This document shows, piece after piece, positions 39,857-49,393 of a stretch of 53,445 nucleotides of DNA (positions are counted from its first letter, which is position 1; the number at the start of each line of letters is the position of its first letter). Location of the stretch: contig JBJXGI010000086.1 in NCBI GenBank assembly GCA_046153645.1, forward strand, positions 1-53,445, given 5' to 3'. Origin of the DNA: Elusimicrobiota bacterium (GTDB lineage: Bacteria; Elusimicrobiota; Elusimicrobia; F11). A model generated the notes under the pieces. It had not been told where the DNA came from. It was given only the letters and a program-made list of their open reading frames with translations, and searched no databases. A program made the translations under genes and the position numbers.

Positions 39857-42800
39857 GTGAATAAAGCGAAATTCTTTCGACGTATTTCTCTCCTTCTTTT
39901 GCCCTGTTATCTTTCTACCCAGGTCTTTTTTTTGCATGCCGCAGAATCGAGTCTTTGGGAAGATCGACGTAAAGCCCTCCATACAACTCAGAGTCCTCAA
40001 TCAAATAAACAGTTCGCCTCACTGCCTTCTTCTTTGACTCATTTTGGAGTTGAAGAATTTAGAAATTTAACAGAAAGTCTCCCAAGTCTTAAGAAAACTT
40101 TTGAAACATCAGTCAGTGTTTCGCAGCCAAATTTGAAGAAAATACCACCTGTTTATACAGAATATTTAAATGAATTATCCCGCAATTTTGGAATGGTAAA
40201 AGAAGTATATGTGCCTCGTCAAAAATCAAAGACACCCTTAATCGTCCTCCTTCAAGACGTGCATTTAAACTTTGAAGCTCAAAACAATTTGGCTCAAATG
40301 TTGATTGCCCTTAACCAAAAAGCACAAAAAAAACTTGAGACTTTAGTTGTTGGCGTTGAGGGCGCTTTTGGGCCCTTTGATTTCAAAAGATACAGAGCTT
40401 TAAATAATTTAGATCTTCAAAAAAAATTAGCTGATTTCTTTTTACAAGAGAACAGAATTGCCGCCCCAAGTTATTTGGGGTTAACGGCACCTGTTGTTTC
40501 ATTTCAAATGGAAGGAATTGATGATAAAGACAGCTACGAAAAAAATGTGGAGGCCTACCTCTCCTCACGAAGGAAAAAAGAGTCTCTTCTTATTGAACTC
40601 AATAAAACGAAAGCAGAACTGAATAATGAAAAAATAAAAGAATTCGGAAAAGATCTTTTTGCTCATGAGGCACAAAAAACCGCTTATGCAGAAGGGAAGT
40701 TGAGTTTTGGAGATTACATTCAATATTTAAGCGCATTAAATGAAAAATTGAGCAGAAGTGAAGATTCTTTGGATCAAGATTTAACACTGGAGCAGTTCTT
40801 GGTCGCCTATTCAATGGAGAAAAACCTTTCATTGTCTTTGGTTGAAAAAGAGCGATCAGAAATTTTAAAAATACTGATTCCGCAACTTTCCAAGTCAGAG
40901 GTGGATGAGCTTTTGGCGCTGAGTTTAGGTCATCGAATGGGACAAATTAGTTTCGCTGATTATTATCGCCATATTAAAAACATGATATTGAAGAATGGTA
41001 TTGCTCTTTCTAGGTACACCTCTTTTGATAAATATATTCAATATGTGTTGCTCTGTGAAAGTTTGAACGCGGAAAAATTGTTTTCCGCACTTGATGAACT
41101 TGAGACAAAGTTATCCCAAAAGTTATCTCTTGATGATGGTGATCGGCGCCTTATTCACAAGTCAGATTGGGTTAATTTAACGTTTAAGCTGCTTGATTTT
41201 TCTTTAACCCCTCAGGAGTGGGAGAGATATAAAAAATTGCGTGAGCCCTCACCCTCCCCTCTCCCGCAAAGCGGGAGAGGGTTAGGGAGAGGGAATGAAA
41301 TAACTTCCTTTGAATCTTTCTATATTCAAGCGGATATTCGTTCAGAAAAGATGGTGGAAAATCTTTTAATGGCGGTTCCTAGTAGAGAAAAAAATCCAGG
41401 AACCAGGAACCAGGAGCCAGAAACGTCTTCCGCTGCCATTTCCGCTCTTGTCGTTGGTGGTTTCCACACGCCTCACATCATGAATCTCTTAAAAAAGAAA
41501 GGTATTCCCTTCGCTCTAGTTCAACCTGTTCTGACAAAAATTGACGAATCGACTGGATCAGCTTATTTAAGTGTTTTTCACAGAGAAAAAACGCCGTTAG
41601 ATGAGTTGTTTAAAGGGGAGAAGCTTTTCATGGCTCCAAAGGAATTAGCGCTTGGGAACTCTGTGGGGAACCCAGTGACAGGGGCGGCACTCCTTGCGGC
41701 TGGAGTGGTTTCTCAATTTCTAAACTCTTTGCCGGTGAAGCCGGATACGGGTTTAAGTGTCAGTGCGCAAAATGAGAATGAATTTGTCGTAAGAAATAAT
41801 AATACCGGTCAAGATTTGGTGGTTGTGCGAGTTAGTAATACCCCTGATCAACCTGGGGAAGGCGAGTTTAAAATTTCACTCCCCGGAAATCCCAATCTTT
41901 ATTTAAGAGCAGTGGTTTCAGGGGGAAACTTAAGTCGTTGGGGAAAAACTCTTTTATCGCTTGCTACAAAAAATGGAAATCGCCGACTCAAAGCGCTTAT
42001 AGGAATAAACCGCTCATTTACAGAAGTCTTTAAAAGTATTTATCGAGGGCCTTTGGGTTTTTTTAATGATCACCCCGAAAGAAGTGTTAGTCAAGCTTTC
42101 GGTATTCTGGGAATGTGGGTCGCGATGGGGTTTGCTTTTGTTGATGTATCTCTTTACAGTCCTCTTTTGGCTCTTATTTATAACATTCTTGCCCATTTAA
42201 CTTACACTTTTTTGGCTGTTTTATTTGGATTACCTTTGTTATCGATTCCTCCAGCTCCTGGTAATGGTCAATTTTCAGTGACAAATTTTACAATTCCAAT
42301 AGCGTCAAATTTTTTACCTGCTTTTAACGAGTTAAGGGGTAATGTAAAAGATGGAAAAATTGCTGTTTATGAAGGAATTACAGAGATTGATAAAAATAGC
42401 GGTGCTCTTGTCCCATTTGTGGATATTGAAAATGACAGCAGTGGAACCCAATTTATAATTATCCGATATAAAAACAACGTTTATGTTTTGAGAAATAAAA
42501 ACCTGAGTGTTGTTAAATCAGAAAATTTATTTATACAAACAGGTAATTTTCCGGAATTAACGAATCGCTGGAGTCAAATAAATAGATCTCAAGCGCCTCT
42601 AAACATGAAAATGAATGTGGCCGCTCAGTTACTAAATGTGTTTTTTATTCGAGAACAAAATCTGCTTGCTCCAACAAATCCAAACTTAAAACCTGACTTA
42701 ATTGAGGCGTTGTTAACGTTTTATCAAGACATCGGTCTTATAGGATCTTTTGACGGAAGTCCTTATGATTTTTCACTCAACCTTTCTTGGGTTCCCGGAT

Positions 42801-45800
42801 ATGATCGACGTACTGAAAAACCGGTTTTTAACCAAGTGTTTTCAAAAGAAGGAATTTTATTAAAAGCAAATATTATGTTTTTAGATTCTCCCGCGCCGCA
42901 ATCACCACCGGTAGCACCAGTTGTTTCCGCAAAACCTCAAACTCCACCGACTCAATTAACTTTTTTAAGAGCGGACGGCTCCATTAATAGCATACCAACA
43001 GTTCAAGCTCTAGTTATGGCGCAATACAATATTTTAATGAATATTGTTGCTCCAAAAGTAAGCGAAGTTAGAAATTGGGCTAATGCGAGTAAACAGTCAT
43101 TAGAGAATTTGTTAGGCCTAAAAAAAACACTTCTTTTTATTTTGAAACAAAATGAAGAAAGTCCGTGGTTATGGCGGATAGACAAAAGTAAGTTAGAAGA
43201 GTATTTGAGTTTTACTCGAGGTGCAATTGGGACTCGTGCTTCTAAAGAATTAACAGAATATATCGATTTTTCTGATGGTCTAGAGAATGATTTTATTTCT
43301 GTTGAAGCTCACCGCCAAAAAATAAAACGAATTCTTCGGCTTATTGAATTTCATCAGAACATTGGTGATGGAAATGAAAAATTAGGACTCTTGGAAGAAC
43401 GGGTGGATTGGAAGGCAGAACTTACGGAAGTTGAAGCGAGGTTATTAAGATTTTATAGTAAACAGAAATTTGTTGTTGACGTGAGAGGGATTCCTTATTT
43501 AGCCAGTGATATGGAAACACCAGACCCTCGAGCCACAGTGAGAATGCCCACCATCAGAAAATTGGATGAGATTTTAGATGCTGCTTATCAGCATTTTTAT
43601 TCTCCGTATAAACCCAAGTTAACAACACCTTCAACTGAATATGCGGGGAAAGTCATTTTTCAATCATTAGCGGTGTTAGGAAGTTTGGTTTGGATTGTTT
43701 CGATGTTTTTAACCCAAGAGTTTTACGTTTATCACATGATTGGAATATTCGCGATTATCTTATTCGCCATGCCACCCTTAGGCCTCATCGCCATCACCAT
43801 CGCGCCTTGGTGGGAACTACGCCAAACCATGCGCGACTTTAAAATATATTTAAAATCCCAAACAGAATCATTAACGGATCAAGAAAAAATTCTCTTAAAT
43901 AAGTTTTTATTGGAGCATAATCTGGACTCAGTGAAGGCCGCGTTACTAGGCAAGCGGTTGGGTCAATTTAGAAAAGCGTCTTTATGGATATACCAAAACA
44001 CCGGTTCATTTTATCTGGTTGCATTTACCCAAGTATTGGTTCACTTATGGCTTAATTTAAAAGCCCTGTTGAGCGATCGTATTTATTTAACCCAAAGGAA
44101 TTTATATTTGGGATGGTTCATCGGTTTTTTCTCCTTTGTGTTAAGCTTCTTTGGCGGCAATAAGAGGACAGAAGTAGTCCGGAATGAAACAGTTGATGAT
44201 GATGAAGTTCCTATTGGAAGAGAAGAGTTAGATCATGTACGTGGGACATTGAGACTTCCACCGCCGCATCATCAGAAAATTTTTGGAAAAACTAAAATTA
44301 CTTCTTTTGAAACGGGAGAGGCTGCATTAGATTATTTTTTAAAAATAATGGATGAAGGTCTTCTTCCGAATAAGGATACAGATGATGAGATAGCGCTGAT
44401 TCATAAGGAAGTTTTTCATTTATTGTTTGGAGAAGATAAAAATTATGATCTTCAGGCATCAAAAAATGACCCTCGACTTTTTGGGTTGTGGTTTAAAATA
44501 ATTGGAGTGATTCAGAATGATCGCTACGCGCAACCAGTCCCATTGCATTGGCTGAATCATTCAATTAGAGATCAGGTGTCTTCTTTATTGGTTGAAAAAG
44601 TAGTGCAAATATCTGGAATATTTGATAACGCTATTTTTCGCGATGCCTTTGATTCTTTTTCATCAGATCTTCAAGGGAAAATTGCGTTAGTGAAGAGTTT
44701 TATTGTTGGAATTGAAACAGCGGCTATTTTAAAAGAAAAACCTATTTTAGATTTCCTTGAAACTATTCCACTGAACATTCTTTTTTTAGATGAAAATAGC
44801 CAGTGGTACCCTTCTGCTCGTCCTTTGGTTGGATTTTTACTTTCTGAAATCTTGCTTGAAAATAAAAATATAGAAACCTATTTGTCTCGACTAGGCACAG
44901 TCTTTAATCAGTTAAACTCACCAGAAAAAGCCACTCTTCTATGGTTTATTGGGAAAATAAAAAGTCAAAATGAATTAAGAAAAAGACTTTTATGGTCAGA
45001 GTACCTACGAAGATTTGTGCTATCGGGTAAAAAAGAAAATTTGACTGCTGAGGAAAAGAGTTCTCTTGAGGATAAAATTAATGAGGTAAAATTCGATCTC
45101 GAAAATTTATCCAAATACGATCTGGTTTTTGAGGTAGGGCGTTTTGATAATTATGGCGATTTAATGCAGGCCATTGACATGGCAAAATTTGCTTCTAAAA
45201 ATAAGTACGGTAGAAAAGTTATTGTTGTTTTAGATCAGTCTCCAGGAGGAGCCAAACATAAGAAGGAACCTTCTCACTCTGAAAAAGCCGCCAGAGTTCT
45301 TGGCTTAAGTGATTCCATAACGGATCCTATTGAAATAGATGGGGTTATTTTTGTTGGCGCTAAGGAATTAAATAAAGCTATTTTGGGGCCTTTTTTTAGC
45401 GTGTTGGTTCCTGGTCATCCCATGTTCCACTCCGAAGCTTTTTATAAGAACAGAAAAGGGTTTATCCAGTTGGGAGAAAGTGCTCGTGGTCCGAATCCAA
45501 GAAATGTTACGGGAGATGGGGGCGTTTATCCTTACGCGGATGGTTTGTATCTTCAGCCAGGCGTGCTCTCTGATGAAATTGGTTTACCTTTAATGCAAGA
45601 GGAAATTCCAGGACTTGATAGAAAACATGAAAAGTCTGAATTTCAAGAAGAATTAAAGCTAACAGAAGCGCAACTTAATAAAAAATGGGTTTTTATTTAC
45701 ATGAGTGCGGTTCAAAAAGAAGATAAAAACAAAGTTAAAGAATTGATTGTGAAAATGTTGGATAAAGGTTGGCTAATTCTTTTAAAGTCTGATGATTATG

Positions 45801-48800
45801 ATTTTCAAGAGATCTCTCGCTTGGTTTTAAACTCAAAGGATGTAATTTCAGTTCCATCTTCTAATAGATCGTTTTTAACGGGACTTATGACAGCCACTGA
45901 ATTAAACCTGGTCACTGGAACCATGAGTTATTCAGAAGGAATTCGAATTTCTGCGAAATTTGGTGTTCCATTTTTCTATATGCGACCAGGTTGGTTGGCA
46001 AATACAGTACCTGGTTTGAAGTCATTTGTTGATCAATCTTCTTTGAATCCTGAAGATAAAATAAATCTTCAGAATTTTTTTGATAATCCATCTCTTTTTC
46101 TTGAAAAGGAAGATTTGATCCGCCGTGCCTTACAATTGCTTTCAAAAAGATTGGTGCAAGAAAAAGACACGGTCAATATTCTTTTTCCATTGATCGAGGC
46201 CGGTTTGTGGGCTGTTTCAAATTGGGGAGAAACAGACTCTCGTTTTTTAAACGGAACAAGGCGCCCAGTACTTGATGCTGAAATTATCAGAAGAAAAGAA
46301 CTTTCTTCTTCCGCCCTTGGTGGTCTCATGGCTTGGTTACGCGAATTGGTGCTTAAAATTTTTCCGAAAATGTCAGTGTCATTTTATAACCGTTGGGTGG
46401 CATTTTGGTTGGAGAACACATTGTCTATTTCGATCGCTTCTGCGGTGGCTTATCCTATTTATTCTTATACCCAAAATCTCGATTTGGCCCTGCTTGTCGG
46501 TAGTTTTTTAGCACTTGTGGTTTTTCTCGCGCTACATTTTATTGATTTATTACTTCCCAAAGAAAAACAGGGTCGTGGGGAAAATTATGTTATTGCATTT
46601 ATTATTTCAATATTAACGGGTCTTTCTGGAACAATAACTCTTGCCATTACTTTTAATGTCGTTTACTCACTCATTGCTGTTGCCGTTGTTTTCTTTACTT
46701 CTCACTTTATCGCTAACCAGTATTTTAAAGAGTTTTCGGTTTTAGAAGATATTATGAATGGGAGTAGTTTTAATGTCATTTTTGGAAAAAATACTAAGGT
46801 GGATTTATGGCGTTCAGATGTGAGTGGTCAATCGAAAACGGATTCTTTTAAGGTAATCAAGAATGATAACAGTGTTTTCATTCAGGAAAATAATTCTAAT
46901 CCTATTCAATTAACAGTAGATATGCCGGCTGGATATTTTTTTGATGGATTTCAACTTAAACTAAATCGAAATGGAAGCCTCACTATAATAAAAATGTATG
47001 AAGAAAATAATTTGCGGGTACAAGTTCTAAATGCCAGAGGTTGGAGCATTAAAAGATCAGATTATCTTGAAGAGGGAGATCCACAAAATGAATTGCCCCT
47101 TCATTATAATGATTTGCCGAATTTTTCGGATCATTGGAATAACATGTTGAACAGTTTTGGGTCATATGCAAACAATGACATGATAATATCCCAATTGAAC
47201 CAAATTATTATATGTGCCAATCAGAATCGCGCTGCTCTTCCCACCGCCAACCCCTTCTTAAGATTTGAAATAGAAAGAAATCTTCGATATTTACATGAAG
47301 AGGTATTGAAACTGCTTGAAAAAGAAACTGTAATCACAAATGACGTTTTGATTGAGAAAATAGGTTCAACAACTATTAAGAGATATTCTCTAGGAGAGAA
47401 TTCTCCTCTGAAACTCTCACTTTATAGTCTTCCAGTTGAAATAAATAAAGGTTTTGTTTATATCGAAATAAAAAGAGGGGACCGGTACTTCCCTTTGCCG
47501 TTTAATCTTTCAGATGGAAAAGATTTTGAACTTGTTTTGAAAAATGTAAATGACGTTAAAATTAATGTTCAAGATGATCTTGTTGAAGTCATTCCGGAGG
47601 GAGAAAGTAACCAAGCTGAGGCCTTTATGTTTAGGTTGCCCCCTATTAATAAAGCAATGTCCGATGAGCAGTTGAAGTTAGAGCTCGAAAAAATTTTCAA
47701 GGATGGAATTGATATTGAAAAAGATAATCTTCCTCCTTCATCTTCTTTTGGGAAAACTAATAAGAAGGAATTGGCGAACTATACCATCCCACATTCCTTA
47801 GTTGCTTCAGGTATTTTATTTAAACCCCAGACTTTTATTTCTGCTTCTGATCAAGAAAAGGAAATTCGTTATGAAATAGACACAATGAATATATTTCTGG
47901 AAATTACAGTAGATAAGAATGATAAGTTACTTTCTCTCGCTCTTCAAAAAAGAGATTCTGATAATTCAGCGCTTGAAAATATAGAATTTCAACTAAAAGC
48001 AACTCGTGGAAATATCCTCACTGATACGGCTGGTTTTATTCCAAATTCCCGAGATAAAATCAATTTAACGAAATTCCAAAATGTGGAAGTAAAACTTTTT
48101 GATGATGTTTTGTCGATTCGTCTGTTCGGTCCCGTTGTTGATTCTGAACAAGATGTTTACAGTTTCACGGGCTCCAATAAAAATAGTGCATTAACGTTAA
48201 CTTATGGCGGGAAAAAGTCTGAAAAAGCTTCCGCTAAATTGTCACCTAAACAACAGTTAGAAAATGAAGCGAAAAACATGGTTTCTTTTACGCAAGCATT
48301 AAACACCAATGATGAAGGAAAAATGGTTGAAAGCTTGATGAATGTACAGTTGTTGGGAGTGGGAGAAAAAACTCAAGACGTGTCAGTGGGGCGTTGGAAT
48401 GAGCTTCTATCAGATGCGGAATTTATAGAGATCTTAAAAATAGAAATGGCAAAAATTGTTCCCGCTCAAGTGGCTGGGAAGCCTCTTGTTTTGGGTCTTT
48501 TTGATGAAACTCCTTATTCTGATAGTCAACTCTTAGCAGCCGCCATCAAAGCGCGCTTACAGGGCCAGCCATTAAGAATTATTTTAAGTGATGCCCGATA
48601 TAACGGAAATAAACAGTTCTTCGATCAATTAAAGAAAACAGCTCAATTAGATATTTATAGCGGAGAGGATTTAACACAAATCGTTCAATCCAAAAAAGTG
48701 ATATCGAGTATGGTTCAAAGTAAACTCAAAATAGATCTCAATAGTGTTTCATTGGCCCTTCCAGAAGGATTTGTTGTTGATATTGAGGGGTATTCACCCA

Positions 48801-48889
48801 TTCGCCTTCGAGATTTCATGCCTCCGCTGACTAGAATAAACACAGAGGCTATTTTGGTTATTTATCGAGCTATCCAAGTAGCAGCGTAA
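39857..48889 (+). CDS. Giant (3010 aa) mosaic membrane protein of unknown function
   Basis: Open ORF; N-terminal signal-like segment; N-domain with QDVH / VEG / VVGGFH motifs; three hydrophobic clusters; GT-B-like region (DNYGD..LVTGTMSYSE..VPFFY). GTG start uncertain. Confidence 0.8.
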   Translation: MNKAKFFRRISLLLLPCYLSTQVFFLHAAESSLWEDRRKALHTTQSPQSNKQFASLPSSLTHFGVEEFRNLTESLPSLKKTFETSVSVSQPNLKKIPPVYTEYLNELSRNFGMVKEVYVPRQKSKTPLIVLLQDVHLNFEAQNNLAQMLIALNQKAQKKLETLVVGVEGAFGPFDFKRYRALNNLDLQKKLADFFLQENRIAAPSYLGLTAPVVSFQMEGIDDKDSYEKNVEAYLSSRRKKESLLIELNKTKAELNNEKIKEFGKDLFAHEAQKTAYAEGKLSFGDYIQYLSALNEKLSRSEDSLDQDLTLEQFLVAYSMEKNLSLSLVEKERSEILKILIPQLSKSEVDELLALSLGHRMGQISFADYYRHIKNMILKNGIALSRYTSFDKYIQYVLLCESLNAEKLFSALDELETKLSQKLSLDDGDRRLIHKSDWVNLTFKLLDFSLTPQEWERYKKLREPSPSPLPQSGRGLGRGNEITSFESFYIQADIRSEKMVENLLMAVPSREKNPGTRNQEPETSSAAISALVVGGFHTPHIMNLLKKKGIPFALVQPVLTKIDESTGSAYLSVFHREKTPLDELFKGEKLFMAPKELALGNSVGNPVTGAALLAAGVVSQFLNSLPVKPDTGLSVSAQNENEFVVRNNNTGQDLVVVRVSNTPDQPGEGEFKISLPGNPNLYLRAVVSGGNLSRWGKTLLSLATKNGNRRLKALIGINRSFTEVFKSIYRGPLGFFNDHPERSVSQAFGILGMWVAMGFAFVDVSLYSPLLALIYNILAHLTYTFLAVLFGLPLLSIPPAPGNGQFSVTNFTIPIASNFLPAFNELRGNVKDGKIAVYEGITEIDKNSGALVPFVDIENDSSGTQFIIIRYKNNVYVLRNKNLSVVKSENLFIQTGNFPELTNRWSQINRSQAPLNMKMNVAAQLLNVFFIREQNLLAPTNPNLKPDLIEALLTFYQDIGLIGSFDGSPYDFSLNLSWVPGYDRRTEKPVFNQVFSKEGILLKANIMFLDSPAPQSPPVAPVVSAKPQTPPTQLTFLRADGSINSIPTVQALVMAQYNILMNIVAPKVSEVRNWANASKQSLENLLGLKKTLLFILKQNEESPWLWRIDKSKLEEYLSFTRGAIGTRASKELTEYIDFSDGLENDFISVEAHRQKIKRILRLIEFHQNIGDGNEKLGLLEERVDWKAELTEVEARLLRFYSKQKFVVDVRGIPYLASDMETPDPRATVRMPTIRKLDEILDAAYQHFYSPYKPKLTTPSTEYAGKVIFQSLAVLGSLVWIVSMFLTQEFYVYHMIGIFAIILFAMPPLGLIAITIAPWWELRQTMRDFKIYLKSQTESLTDQEKILLNKFLLEHNLDSVKAALLGKRLGQFRKASLWIYQNTGSFYLVAFTQVLVHLWLNLKALLSDRIYLTQRNLYLGWFIGFFSFVLSFFGGNKRTEVVRNETVDDDEVPIGREELDHVRGTLRLPPPHHQKIFGKTKITSFETGEAALDYFLKIMDEGLLPNKDTDDEIALIHKEVFHLLFGEDKNYDLQASKNDPRLFGLWFKIIGVIQNDRYAQPVPLHWLNHSIRDQVSSLLVEKVVQISGIFDNAIFRDAFDSFSSDLQGKIALVKSFIVGIETAAILKEKPILDFLETIPLNILFLDENSQWYPSARPLVGFLLSEILLENKNIETYLSRLGTVFNQLNSPEKATLLWFIGKIKSQNELRKRLLWSEYLRRFVLSGKKENLTAEEKSSLEDKINEVKFDLENLSKYDLVFEVGRFDNYGDLMQAIDMAKFASKNKYGRKVIVVLDQSPGGAKHKKEPSHSEKAARVLGLSDSITDPIEIDGVIFVGAKELNKAILGPFFSVLVPGHPMFHSEAFYKNRKGFIQLGESARGPNPRNVTGDGGVYPYADGLYLQPGVLSDEIGLPLMQEEIPGLDRKHEKSEFQEELKLTEAQLNKKWVFIYMSAVQKEDKNKVKELIVKMLDKGWLILLKSDDYDFQEISRLVLNSKDVISVPSSNRSFLTGLMTATELNLVTGTMSYSEGIRISAKFGVPFFYMRPGWLANTVPGLKSFVDQSSLNPEDKINLQNFFDNPSLFLEKEDLIRRALQLLSKRLVQEKDTVNILFPLIEAGLWAVSNWGETDSRFLNGTRRPVLDAEIIRRKELSSSALGGLMAWLRELVLKIFPKMSVSFYNRWVAFWLENTLSISIASAVAYPIYSYTQNLDLALLVGSFLALVVFLALHFIDLLLPKEKQGRGENYVIAFIISILTGLSGTITLAITFNVVYSLIAVAVVFFTSHFIANQYFKEFSVLEDIMNGSSFNVIFGKNTKVDLWRSDVSGQSKTDSFKVIKNDNSVFIQENNSNPIQLTVDMPAGYFFDGFQLKLNRNGSLTIIKMYEENNLRVQVLNARGWSIKRSDYLEEGDPQNELPLHYNDLPNFSDHWNNMLNSFGSYANNDMIISQLNQIIICANQNRAALPTANPFLRFEIERNLRYLHEEVLKLLEKETVITNDVLIEKIGSTTIKRYSLGENSPLKLSLYSLPVEINKGFVYIEIKRGDRYFPLPFNLSDGKDFELVLKNVNDVKINVQDDLVEVIPEGESNQAEAFMFRLPPINKAMSDEQLKLELEKIFKDGIDIEKDNLPPSSSFGKTNKKELANYTIPHSLVASGILFKPQTFISASDQEKEIRYEIDTMNIFLEITVDKNDKLLSLALQKRDSDNSALENIEFQLKATRGNILTDTAGFIPNSRDKINLTKFQNVEVKLFDDVLSIRLFGPVVDSEQDVYSFTGSNKNSALTLTYGGKKSEKASAKLSPKQQLENEAKNMVSFTQALNTNDEGKMVESLMNVQLLGVGEKTQDVSVGRWNELLSDAEFIEILKIEMAKIVPAQVAGKPLVLGLFDETPYSDSQLLAAAIKARLQGQPLRIILSDARYNGNKQFFDQLKKTAQLDIYSGEDLTQIVQSKKVISSMVQSKLKIDLNSVSLALPEGFVVDIEGYSPIRLRDFMPPLTRINTEAILVIYRAIQVAA
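41246..41293 (+). repeat. REP-like hairpin inside the 3010-aa ORF
   Basis: CCCTCTCCCGC-aaa-GCGGGAGAGGG perfect 11-bp stem (41257-41281) with C-rich and G-rich flanks; translated as PSPSPLPQSGRGLGRG. Confidence 0.8.
41394..41421 (+). repeat. Heptamer tandem repeat (AACCAGG-like x4) inside the ORF
   Basis: ATCCAGG AACCAGG AACCAGG AGCCAGA. Confidence 0.75.
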
Positions 48890-48939
48890 TTTTTAGATTA
48901 TATACATGGCTATTCCATCATAATCAATACAAAATTAAT

Positions 48940-49017
48940 AATCCCTCCCTGTTTGGTCGCTTTAGCGACCGAACGGGGAGGTTGGTGGGGGGGATTAATG
49001 GGTTTTTCCTTATAAAA
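48940..49017. repeat. Left inverted repeat with hairpin, flanking the DUF559 gene
   Basis: AATCCCTCCC..GGTCGCT-tt-AGCGACC..CGGGGAGGTTGGTG7ATTAATGGGTTTTTCCTTATAAAA; reverse complement of 49394-49452 apart from the hairpin loop, a 2-G indel and one substitution. Confidence 0.85.
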
Positions 49018-49333
49018 ATTTCAATATGGACTCAAGGACACTTTCTGTATTAACGAGAACATGATTATTCCAGAATCTTAAAACTTTGTAGCCTTTTGAT
49101 TGTAAAAACTCAGTTCTATGCGCATCATAATTTTCTTGAAGCGCATGCTGCCCTCCATCAACTTCAATAATTAACTTTTTTTCTATGCAAACAAAATCAA
49201 CAATATAAGGCTTAATAACATGCTGCCTGCGAAACTTATAATTATTGAGTTGATTGTTTCTCAAGTAATACCAAAGTAACTTCTCAGCTTTAGATGGATT
49301 GCTTCGTAATGATCGCGCGTAGTTGTAAATCAT
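49010..49333 (-). CDS. DUF559 (Vsr-like PD-(D/E)xK) endonuclease-domain protein
   Basis: ARSLRSNPSKAEKLLWYYLR..KFRRQH..YIVDFVC..LIIEVDGGQH..YDAHRTEFL..GYKVLRFWN is the DUF559 signature. Confidence 0.92.
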   Translation of the reverse strand: MIYNYARSLRSNPSKAEKLLWYYLRNNQLNNYKFRRQHVIKPYIVDFVCIEKKLIIEVDGGQHALQENYDAHRTEFLQSKGYKVLRFWNNHVLVNTESVLESILKFL

Positions 49334-49393
49334 ATTTCCTCACCGGATTAAGACATGAGGAGGGGATTTAGAGGGGAATTTAATTCTAAGATA

